In this document: in pieces, positions 12,601 to 24,378 of the stretch
Position numbering within the stretch: the first letter of the stretch is position 1
How the letters are laid out: each line of letters opens with the position of its first letter
Assembly: GCA_014905635.1 (NCBI GenBank)
Contig: JABVCE010000016.1
Location: 558,001-622,000 of the forward strand
Reading direction: 5' to 3'
DNA: 64,000 nucleotides
Source: Scenedesmus sp. PABB004
Taxonomy: Eukaryota
Notes under the pieces: generated by a model
Database searches by the model: none
What the model was told of the DNA's origin: nothing
The model's input: the letters and a program-made list of their open reading frames with translations, nothing else
Made by a program: the position numbers and the translations under genes

Positions 12601-13134
12601 TGCCCGGGGGGCGGATCGGGGAGCCGGGCCAGTGCGTGCGCACGGCAGCGGCGGTTGTGTGCGGCAGCGGCGGTGTGTGCTGCAGCGGCGGTGCGTGCGG
12701 CGGTGGGGCGTGGCAGCAAACGCGTGGCGGCAGGCGCGTGGCGGCGAGCAGGCAGCCGAGCAGGTGACGACGACGTGTCGTGCCAAAGCCGCCGTTCTGT
12801 GACTACACCAACCCCCGCCCGCTGGCCAGCTTGCCAGCCTGCGGACACCGCGCCCCGAAACCTCCCACGCACGCCGGAGCCACGCCTCTGACCGCACACG
12901 CGCGCCGGCAGCTCGCCATCTCCACCGCTGCTGCTGCGCGCCGCTCGCAGCCCCTCCCGCCGCAGGCCCTCCCCGCGCAGCGCTGACAGCAGCCCGCCGT
13001 CGTTCGCACGTGCGCGGTCGCCCCCGCCCCAGCAGCAGCCGGCTCATGCGCGCGGCGGCGGTTGTCGCCGCCGCCGCTGCGCCGCGCCGCGGCTAGGGCG
13101 CAGCCGCCGCCGGCGCCGGGCGGGCGCCGCCGCC

Positions 13135-13908
<774 letters not shown>

Positions 13909-13985
13909 GCGACCGCGGCGCGCGCGCGCGGCGGGCGGCCGGGGCTGCGCATAGCGCGTTTAACAGCTCCCGCCGCCCGCCGTTC

Positions 13986-16900
13986 TCAGCCGCCGCCGGG
14001 CGCCTGCTGCTGCTGCCCCACCGCCTGCTGCCGCTGCTGGCCCGCCGCCGCCGCGGCCTCCTGCGCCTCAATCGCCTCAATCGCGGCGTAAAAGCGCTTG
14101 ACGTCCTCGTTCGCCACCGGCGCCGCGACGCGGCCCACCACCTGCGCCGCCGCCGCCAGCGCAGGGGGGGCAGTCGGGGCGGCGCGCGCGCGACCGCGCG
14201 CGCCCGGGCCGCGCCACACCGCGCCGCGGCGGCGGGTGCGCACCTGCAGGCCGTCGAGGCTGCAGCAGCGCGAGAGTGCCACATAGACCATGCCCGCCGC
14301 AAAGGACCCGCCGAGGTGGACACGCAGGCGATTGATGGACATGCCCTGTGTGGGCAGCGCCAGTCGGGCGGCACGGGCGCATCGGCCAGCGGCCCTCCCG
14401 CGCGCGCGCGCAGCGCGCCGCAGGCCCGCCCGTCCGCCGGCGCCGCCGCCGCACCTGGCTGCGGTGCACCGTGATGGCCCACGCCAGCCGCAGCGGGACG
14501 CTCACGCGCGTGAGCTCGCACACGTGCCGCACGGCCGTGTCCGCCCTCTGCACGACCGTCCGCTGCACGCGCCACACAGCCGGGCCGATCACGCGAACCA
14601 GCGACGCGGCGCCCACGCGCGCGGCCGCGGCCGGCGGCAGCGCAAAGCGCACGCGCGGCAGCTGCCGCACGCCCGTGTGGTTGAGCCAGCTGCGGCGGGG
14701 CGCCGGCGGCGGCGCGGCGGTGAGCGGCGCAGCGCGCGAGCGGTGCACGCGGCGCAGCGTGAGCGGCGCCACGGCGTGCAGGCCAGGCGCCCCCGAGCGC
14801 GCTGCCGCTGCGGCACGGCCACCGGTGGGCGCTCACATGATCGCCTCCTGCAGCTGCTGCCGCTGCCAGGGGGCGGCTGGGAGCTCGATCCACACGCCGC
14901 CGGGAGCGTCAGGCAGGCGAATGCAGACGAGGGAGGTGTTGCGTTCTGAGCTCCAGTCCTCCTGGCTGCAGGGGCAGAGGTGCTGGCCGCAGCAGCCGCC
15001 CGGCAGCGCGTGGCGCAGTGCCGCGCGCGCAGCGCCCTCGTCGTACGCCGGCAGCCGCTGCTGCGCCTGCTGCGCCTGCTGCGCCTGCTGCGCCTGCTGC
15101 GCCTGTTCCTCCTGCTGTATGCTGCTGGCCTCCCTGTCCGCCTCGTGCTCCGCCTCGTCCGGGTCAAACAGAGCGCACTCCTGCGGCGGCGGCGGCGACG
15201 GCGCGCGGGTTGGCCCCAGGCCGCGCAGCGCGCGTCGCACGCGTGCGCCGGCGCGCGGCGGACCTGGCGCAGCCACTCCCGGCAGCTGCTGAAGCCCTCG
15301 ACCACGCCGCGCGTGCCGTTGGCGAGGCCCGCCGCGACGTCCAGGTTGCGCAGCAGCACGACCTGCGCGCCGCGCTTGAGCTGGAGGCTCTCCTGCGCGT
15401 TGGTCTCGCGCGTAAGCTCGCTGGTGACCCAGTCCATCTGGCACACGCCGCACGCGAGCAGCTCCTCCGGGTGCAGCCAGTCGAGCGCCCTGCACTGCAC
15501 CTCCTCCCCGCCGAGCCGGGCAAACTCCGCGTCGTTCAGCGCGTCCACCTGCGGCGGCGCGCCGCGGACGCGGGCGCGCTCGGGCGCGCGCGGCGGCTGG
15601 GGCGCGCACCGCCGGCGGCGGCGGCCGCGGCGGCGGGCGCGGCGCACGTCGCAGTTTGCTGGGAAGATCTCTGTCGGCCGGATGCCGTCGTCCTCGGCCA
15701 GCGGCCGCGCGAGCGTGCGCAGCAGGGCCTGCACGTCGCGCGTGAAGCGGCCGTGCCGCACCTCCTCCAGCATCCGCAGCAGCTGCTCGTCGCTCTGTCG
15801 CGGCGGCGGCGCGGCGCGGGCGCGCAGGCCGTGAGCCCCGTCGGGCGGCCCGCGACGCGCGGCGCCGCGCTGCGCGCGCCGCGCCGTCACACCTGGCGGA
15901 ACGGCTGACGCAGCACGACCGGCACGAAGCGCGCGGCCGCCCAGGCCGGCGACTTGAAGCAGTAGTCCCTCCCCGACCGCGGCGGCTCCGCGGCGGCCCA
16001 CAAGATGCCCAGGCTGGGCATGCCGCCGCCGCCGCCGCCGCCGCCGCTGCCGCCGCCGCTGCCGCCGCTGCCGCCGCCGCCGTCAGGTGCGGTCGGGCCG
16101 GGGCCGCGCGGCGTGCCGCCGCCCGCGGCGTGCGCGGCCACGGGCTGGCTGAGGCCGCCGTGCAGGGCGTCGTAGAGGCGCGCGTGCTGCACCTGGACAG
16201 CCAGGAAGCCGCTGCGGGTGTAGCCCCAATGCTCCTCGCCGCCGCTGAGCTGGGGGTGGCCGTGGCCGACGCCGCTGCTGCAGCTGCCGCCACTCCAGCT
16301 GCCGCCGCTCGCGCTCCAGCTGCCACCGCCGCCGTGACACGCGGTCGCGGCCGCGGCGAGCGCAAGAGCCGACGGCGGCGGCGCCACTGTCCGGCGCCCT
16401 GGCTCTTGCTTGACCGCCTGCTGTTGCTGCTGCTGCTGCTGCTGCTCCTGCTGCTGCTGCAGCAGCTGCTGCTGCTGCTGCTGCTGGTCCGCCGCACCGG
16501 CGAGCCCCGGCTCGAGGTTCACGCGCGCCGGCGAGGCCAGCCGCTGCTGCGGCGCCTGCTGCTGCGAGGGCTGCGTCTGCGTGGCCGTCAGGTCCACCGC
16601 CTCCGGCTCGGCCTCAACCAGCTCACAGACCTCGCTGCCGCTGTCGCCCGCGGCCGCTGCCGCCGCTGCCGCCGCTGCCGCTGCTGCCGCCGCTGCGCCG
16701 GCGCCGGCAACGGTGCCGCCCAGCGACCGGCACGCCGGACGCGGCGGCGACGCGCCGCCGCCACCACCAGGCGCGTCGTGTGTGGCGCAGCGGAGCGCGG
16801 CCGAGGACGCCTCTCGGGCCTGCGCCTCTGCCTGCTCGAGCGCGGCGCCCAGCGACTCCCACTCGTCGTCGCTCATGGCAGCGTCACCGCTGCCGCCGCC

Positions 16901-18665
16901 AGCGGCCGCAGCCGCTGCCGCCGCCGCCGGGTCTGCGCACCGCCGCGCGCCGGGCGCGGCGGCGGCGGCGCCCTGCAGCACCACCTCCAGCCCAATCCCA
17001 GGCAGGGGGCTCCGCAGGGGCTTGGGTGCAAGCGAAAGGTCGGGCCGCGTCCGCAGCAGCTCCTGCGCCAGCGCCTGCTGCTCCGCCCGCGTGTCGCGCC
17101 GGCCCCCGCCGGCCGCCGCCGCTGGCTCGCCGCCGCATCGCCCCGTCGCGGCCATGCGCTGCAGCAGCTGCTGCAGGCGCTGCTCGCGCGCGTCCGCCGC
17201 CCCCCGCTCCGGCTGCCCCGGCCGCACGCACAGGCGCTTGGCGGGCGAGGCCGCTGCTGAGTCGTCGTCCTGGGTGAGCTTGAGGGCGAGGCGGCAGTCC
17301 AGCCCCTCTGCCTCCTCCTCGCTGCTGCCCAGCAGCTCCACCGCCTCGCGCTTCACCGCCGCCTGCTGCGCCTGCGGCGGCCGCCAGCCGGCGGCGCCGG
17401 GCCCAGCCGGCGCGAGCGCCGCGCTCGGGCTGGCCTGCCCGCGGGCGGCGGCGGCCCGCGCGGCTGCTCGGGCCGCCGCCGCCGCGCGCGAGGCCACGCG
17501 CCGCTGCGCCAGCGCGGTGCTCAGCCCCTGCGGCAGCTGGGCGACCACCACCGGGACCTTTGGCCGCGCCTCGCCGCTGGATACCCGGCGGCGTCGCTGG
17601 CTCTTGCGGCCGCTCAGGGACCTGCCGCCGGACCCAGCGGCGGCAACGCTGGCGGCCGACGCAAAGCCGCCCCCGGCCCAGCTGCTCGGCGTCCGGGCCG
17701 CCGCGGCCGCCGCGGCCGCCGCGGCCGTCGCGCCGCCGCCGCCGCCGCCGCCGGGCGTCCAGGCCGCTGCCGCCGCCGCCGGCGACAGGCCGCCGTCCTG
17801 CTGCTGCCCCTCATCGTCATCGTCGTCGACGCCAAGCCGCCGCCTCTTGTCGACCGGCGGCAGCTGCAAGAAATCGCCGACCACAATCACCTGCATCCCG
17901 CCGAATGGCTCTGGGTGCAGCTCGTGCTGCTCGTGCGGCCGCCGCCCCAGGCGCCAGCCGCGCATGTAGCGGGCGATGTAGTCAACCTGCCGCCGCCGTC
18001 GGCGCGGCGCGGCGGGGCGCCGTGTGCTGCCGGCGCGGGCGCGCCGCGCGCGCCAAAGGCTGCGTGGCCGCCGCGGCGGACAGCGCGCGGCCCCGCGCGC
18101 GGCGGCCTGCGCGCGCCTGCCCCGCCGCGCACCTTCTCCAGCGTCGCGCAATCTATCATGCTGACCTCATCGACCAGCAGCACGTCGGTCGCGCGCCAGC
18201 GGTTGACGAACACCTGCCAGTCCCACAGCCCCTCCGCGACGGCGGCGGGCGGCTCGCGCACGTCCTTGATGCCCGCCCACCGCCAGAGCGTCTCGCACGC
18301 GCCGACGTGCACGGCCGCGGTGCCCGTCGACGCCGTGACCGCCACGGCGCGGCCGGCGCGGTTGAGCGCGGTGATGAGGGCTTGGACCGTGAAGCTCTTG
18401 CCCACGCCCGCGCCGCCAGTGAGGAAAAGGTTCTCGCCCGCCAGCGCCGCCGCGACCGCGCGCCGCTGGTCCGCGCCGAGCGGCGGGGGGCTGGACGGCC
18501 GCGGCGGCGGCGGCGGCGCCGCCGCCGCGCCACACGGCCCCGCCTGCATCTGCCCCGGCTGCGGCCGCGGCGGCGGCGGCGGCGGCGGCGGCGGCGTGGG
18601 CGGGCGGGGTGCGCAGCGCGGCCGGCACACGCAGCGCAGCGCCGCGCCCGGACCTGTCGCTGCAT
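13986..18665 (-). CDS. PIF1: PIF1-family 5'-3' DNA helicase, about 8 GT-AG introns; start uncertain
   Basis: NLFLTGGAGVGKS, TASTGTAA, LLVDEVSM, PFGGMQVIVVGDFLQLPPV, FRQ, GAQVVLLRN..LANGTRGVV, PLRLAWAITVHRSQGMS, YVALSR. Confidence 0.93.
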
Positions 18666-19081
18666 CGCTGCTGCCGCAGCCGCCGGTGGCGCCGTGACCT
18701 GCTGCCGGTCGCCGGGCGGCGGCTGGCCGGCCGCGGCGGGGCCGGGCGGCGCCGCAGCGGCGCCGCCGCACCGGCTGCTGCGCCCGCGTCGCCGCCGGGC
18801 ACTCCGCCGGGCACGCGCACGGGCCAGGAGGGGCTTCTCACGTCACCACGCGCCGCGGCCTCACGCGCGGCGGGAAGCGCGCGACGGAGTCTGCTGCTGC
18901 TCGGCCACGGCGCGGGGGGCGTGCATTTGTGGCGCCCGTGAGGCGGGTGGGCTGTGCCGTTGCCATGCGGAGCGGGCGGGCAGGCGCGGCGGCAGCGCCG
19001 CGCGGCGCAGCACGGCGCGGGGCTCAGCGGCACAGCGCGCTGCTCGTCAGCGGCGCGGCGCCAGGCTGGCGCGGCCGTACT

Positions 19082-19086
19082 TTACA
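19082..19086 (-). promoter_or_regulatory. TGTAA polyadenylation signal of the kinase gene
   Basis: TTACA on the + strand about 240 nt past the kinase stop. Confidence 0.5.
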
Positions 19087-19321
19087 CGCGAGTGCGGGCC
19101 TGCGTGGGACAGATCACTGGACAACCGTATGGACAAGTGCATTGAGCACAACTCTCTCGAGCGCGTGCGCGCGGCGCACCCAGCGCTCGACGGCAACCTT
19201 CTTTCGCACAGCATGCGCAGCGCGGCGGCGCTCGGACGCCGACCTCTCCCTGCTCCCCCCGGCACGTGGTTCACTTCTTCACCACACACCCCACACCCGA
19301 CATCCCCGCCGCCGCCCCAGC

Positions 19322-21209
19322 TCACCGCGCGCGCCACGTCGCGCCCTCGCCCGCCGCGCCCCAGCGCCGCTGCGGCTGTGGCTCCTCGCACGCGCCGCCG
19401 CCGCCGCTGCTGTAGCCGCCCGCGCGCGCGGCGGCTTCGGCCTCGGCGTGCGCCGCCGCGTCGCGCGCGACGCCCTCGGCGAGCCCGCTCCAGCGCACGG
19501 TCGCGAAGAAGGGGTGCGACTCGATCGCCCGCACGCTGGACGAGCCCAGCCGCGCCGCGGGGTCGCGCGCCAGCAGGCGCCGGATCAGGTCCTCGGCGTC
19601 CCGGTCCAGCTGCGGCGCGCAGGCAGGTGCGGCAGGCGCGGTGTCGGCGGCCGGCGGCCGGCGGCGCGCGCGCGCTGCGCCGCGCCGCTCGCCCGCGCCG
19701 CCGCGCGCGCGCTGCCGTCGCCGCGCACCACGCCCGCGGGCGGCCAGACCGCGTCGGCGGCCATGATCTGCTGCAGCATCGCGGCGTCGCCCTCCGCGTC
19801 CCAGGGCACGAGGCCGAGCAGCAGCTCGTACAGCAGCACGCCGAGGCCCCACCAGTCGGTCGCGGGGCTGTAGGCCGCGGCGCCGCGCTCCGCCACCTCG
19901 GGCGCGACGTACTCGAGCGTGCCCCAGAACCCCGGCCCGCTGTTGGCACCGCTGACTGCGGCGCGGCGGCGGCGGCGGCGGCGGCGGCGGGGCGCGCGGC
20001 TCGGCCTCGCCGCCGCCGCGCGCGGCCGCCGCCGCGCTCGCCGCCGCGCCCGTAGACCGCCCCCGACGGCCGCCGCCGGCGCCGCCGCGCCGCACCTTCG
20101 TCCATCTGGCGTATGAGCTCAATCTCATCCAGCGTGTGCGCCAGGTCCATGTCACACAGCATCACGTGCCCGCAGTCCTGCGCGCCGCCCCGCGCCGCGC
20201 GGCAGCGGCGGGCGGCGGGCGGCGTCGGCGCCCGCGCGGCCGCTCGGCGGCCGCTCGGCGAGCTGCCCGGCCGGCGGGCGCGGCGCGGCGAGCGGCGGGC
20301 GCGGAGGGCGCGGCTGCGGCGACGGGCGCGCACCTGGAGCAGCACGTTCTCGGGCTTGAGGTCGACGTACACGACGCCGTGGTCGTGGAGGTGCGCCAGC
20401 ACGCACACCAGCTCCGCCGCGTACTGGCGCACGACCTCGAGCGGCAGCGTGCCGCCCGCGGCCTGGCGCTCGTGCCAGAGCGTGCCGCGGCTGCAGAGGG
20501 TCATCTCCAGGCAGATCTCGCTGCCCGTGGTGTACACCTGGTGCAGCTCCGGCAGCAGCGGGTGCCGCAGCGCCTGCAGCAGCGTGACCTCGGTCGCCAC
20601 GCGCTGCGGCGCGCCGCGTCGGCGGGCGCGCGTCGGCGCGGCGCGTCGCGTCGGCGGGCGCGCGCGGCGGTCGGTCCGCGCGCGGCGGCCAGCACGGCAG
20701 CTGGCGGCCAGGGCGCGGCGCCGCGGCCAGCACGGCAGCTGGCGGCCAGGGCGGGCGCGGCGGCGCGCGGCGCACCTTGGCGACCATCTGGCGCTGCTCG
20801 TGCGAGCTCCAGTTCACGCGCTTGACCGCGACGCGCGTGCCGGGCGCGTGCGCGACCAACGCCTCGTGCACGCTGCGGCGGCGGCGGGGGGGTGCGGCCG
20901 GCGCGGGTGGGGGCCGGGCGGGCAGCTGCAGGCGGGCGGGGCGCGGCGGAGCCGCGGGATGCCGCCAGCCGCTGCTCGCGCCGCCGCCGCCGCCGCCACC
21001 GCGGCCGCAGCCGCGCACCTGCCGGTGTTGCCCTCCCCGATCTCGCGCACAAACTCGCGCGCCGGCGGGTGGCGCGACGCCCAGCGCGAGAGGCGGGCCG
21101 CCGCGGTGTCGGCGATGAGCTGCTGGCTCAGCCGCCCCACGCGCCCCGCCAGCTCGTCCAGGCGGCCCGCCAGCTTGTCCAGGCCCGCGCCCAGCATGGC
21201 GCGCGGCAT
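19322..21209 (-). CDS. AGC-family Ser/Thr kinase. Introns at 20873-21018, 20604-20775, 20178-20333, 19956-20095 and 19610-19728.
   Basis: EIGEGNTGSV, VAVK, HPLLPEL, YAAELV, VYVDLKPENVLL, CDMDLA, GTLEYVAPE, DWWGLGVLLYELL, DLIRRLL..DPAARLG, HPFF. Confidence 0.9.
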
Positions 21210-22226
21210 GGCGGCGCGGCGCGGCGCGGCGCTGCCGCCGCTGCTCTAGGGCGCAGCCGCGCCGCGCGCGGGGCGCCGCCGGGCCCGCTGGCCGGTCTCG
21301 GAGGGGACCGGCCGGCGTGCGGCAGCGTGGGCGCGAGGGCGGCGCGTGCGGGTGCGGCAATTGAGCGGGCTGGGCCAAGCCTCCCACGCCGCGGCGGCCG
21401 ACGAGAGGCTGGCGCTGAGCCGGGGCGTGTGCGGGCGCGCTGTGCGAGCGTCCGAGCCCGACGCGAGTGCCGGGCGCGATCGGGGGCGGCCGCTGGAGGA
21501 CGCCCGGGGCTGTGCCGAGAACCCGGGGCTTCGTGTGCAAAGAACGCATGCCGCAGGGCCGCACGGGACGCGGGGCGCCGTCTCACGAGCACGCACCTGC
21601 CAGCCGCTGCCGGCCCGCGCCGCACCAGCGCGCCAGCGCGGCGCCAGGCCCGACGCTGCGCGCGCGCGTCGCCCCGCGCCCGCCTGGCGCGCCGCATCGA
21701 GCCGCCGGCCCCCTCCAGCAGTGGCTATCATCGGCGCCGCGCGCAGTGAAGGCGGTGCGGCCCGGAACGGCACAGCGGGTGAGCCGGGCGGGCGTGCCGG
21801 CGACGGGCGCCCCCTCCCCGCCCCGACAGCGGCCCGCAGCGCGCTGCGCTTCTTGATTCATTTGCCAGATAGACGTGTAGCGTCACCACCTGCACCAGCG
21901 CGACCGCACGCGCCTGCCTCGGGGCGCCCGCCCGCGGTGGGCTTGGCGGGAGCAGTCAACCGAGCCCCCGGGGCCCCCTGCCGGCCCGCAGGCCGTCCAC
22001 GCACGCTCGGAGTCCCACGCCGCCGCCAACGGACGCCGCGGCATGGCCGCCGCGGCCGCGCGCGCCGCCAGGCTCGGCCGCCGGCGCGCCGCGAGCGCAG
22101 CGCAGGTGCGCGGCCGCCGCGGCCTGCAGGACCGCGCGCGCGGCCGCCGAGGCCTGCAGGACCGCGCCCTGCCACTCAGCGCCCGCCACGCGGCCCGCCG
22201 CAGGCGTGACGTGCGCGCGACCAAGC

Positions 22227-22766
22227 ATGGACGACCTTGACGTGGCGGGCGAGGGCGGCGCGGGCGGCGCCAAGGCCGCGCGGCGCGGTGGCACCGCGAG
22301 GCGCGCCGCCGGGGCCACGCCGCGCCAGGCCGGGGCCATGCCGCGCCAGCCGCGCGCGAGCGACGCCAGCGGCACCGCGTCGCTTGCGTCCGACGACCTC
22401 GCGCCGGGAGACCCCGCGGGCCGGCCCCGCCAAGCCACCGGCGGCGGCGCCGCGCGCGACGCGTCGCCAGACAGCGTCGGCGGCGACCGCGGCGGCGGCT
22501 CGCCGCGGCCGGGCCAGGGGCAGCCCAAGGCGGCGCCAGCGGGCGCAGGCGGGCAGGCGCCGCCCAGCGACCAGGCAGCGGCGCGGCCGGGAGCGCCGGT
22601 GGACCCCGCGGCGGCGGCCGCGGCGCCGCGCGGCGTGCAGCCGGCAGGCCGCACCAGGCCCGGCGCCAGGCCTGCCGCCGTCGCGCCGGCGCAGCCAGCC
22701 GAGGAGCCCAGCGGCGGCAGCGTGCGCAAGCGCAGCCGCTCAGGCGTGAGGCGGCCCCGGCCGACC

Positions 22767-22825
<59 letters not shown>

Positions 22826-24347
22826 CGCGGCCGCCGCGGCGGTCGCCGCAATGCAGGCGAGCCTGGGCGGCCTGGCGGCGGCGGGCGCGGGCGTGGTGCC
22901 CTGGCCGGCGCTCACGCAGGAGCAGCAGCAGCTGCTCGAGCTCCAGCTGGGCCTGGCGCCGCGGGGCACGCCGCCCCCGCAGCGCCGGCGCCCGGGGCGG
23001 CCGCCCAAGGCCGCCGCAGCTGCGGCGGCGGCGGCGGCAGCGGCGGCGGCGGCAGCGGCGGTGGCCGCAGGCGGGCAGGAGCATGCGATGGGCCTGGCGC
23101 GGCTCAACACCGCGGAGCGCATCAGCGTGGACGAGCCCTTCCGCCACGCCGGCGGCGGCGACCTGCACAGCCTCGGCGCCTACGGTCAGCACGCGGCAGC
23201 GGCGGCGGCACTGGGCGCATGGCCGCCCGGCGCGCTCGGCGAAGAGGCGGCAGCGGCAGGCGCGGCCGTGAGCGCTGCGGCTGCCGGCGCGAGCGTGCGC
23301 ACGCGACTGAGCGTGCGGTCCGTGGCATACCTCGAGGACCTGCTGCAGCAGACCGAGTCCGAGGCGGCGGCGGCCATCACCACGCGCAGCGGCGGAGGCG
23401 CTGGCGCGAGCGCCAAGGCCGGGGCGGCCCCGCCGGCGAACCGCCCGGCAGCGGCGGCCGGGGCGCGCGCCCAGGCGGCGGGCGGCTGTCCATCGGGCAT
23501 CTCCTCATCAGCCCGCCCATGTCGCGCGCGGCGTCGCTGCACCCGGCGGCCGGGGCGGCTGGCAGCGGCGCCAGCGGCGGCGCCAGCCCGCACGGCGGCG
23601 GCGGCGGCATGCCCGCGCCGCCCGCGCCGGGCGGCCAGGCTCACGGCGAGGCGGGCGCCGCTGCAGCTGCTGCCAGGGCTGGCGAGGCGCCGCCGCCGGT
23701 GCTGGCCCCGGCCGCACCGGCGGCGCCCGCCCAGGAGCAGCCGTGCAGCCGCGCCGCCGCGCCTGCCGCTGCGGCTGAGCAGGCGCCCGCCGCCGGAACC
23801 GGCACGGCGCCGCCAGCGACGGTAGCGGCTGCCGGCGCGCCGCCCGTGCCCCGAGAGCTCAGCAGGGCCGCCGCGGCCGCGCCCGCTGCGGCGTGGGGCT
23901 GCGTCGCGGCGCAGCCCGCCGACATCTCCAGCAGCAGCGGCGCCGACAGCGACGACCCCGACGCCGGCGCGTGGGCGATCGGCGGCTGCCTGGCGGAGCC
24001 GCCCGGCGCCGAGAGGCTGAAGGAAGAGCTCCCACGGGCCTGCAGCAGCGACACGTCGTCGCCGTCGAGCGGCTCGCCCGCGTTTGAGTCGTGCATGGGC
24101 GCGTTCAGCGCCGCCGTCGCCGCGGGCGTCGGCGGCCTCGGCGTCGGCGGCCTCGGCCTCGGCGCCGCGCCGGGCCTGCTCTATGGCAGCCTGCTGCCGG
24201 GCTTGGTGTTTCAGGGCCCCGGCATGGCGTTCGCAGCGACGCCGGGCTGCTGCCCGCGCAAGTCTGACCGCCAGGTGGGGCTGGAGACGGTGCAGCGCAT
24301 CGACGCCCTCCTGCAGCAGAGCCGTGCCTCGCTGGCGAGCAGCGGCT

Positions 24348-24378
<31 letters not shown>

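Noticed and set aside
13986..18665. PIF1 as part of a Helitron
   Set aside because: No Rep/HUH endonuclease motifs or Helitron termini; it is an ordinary multi-intron gene between host genes.
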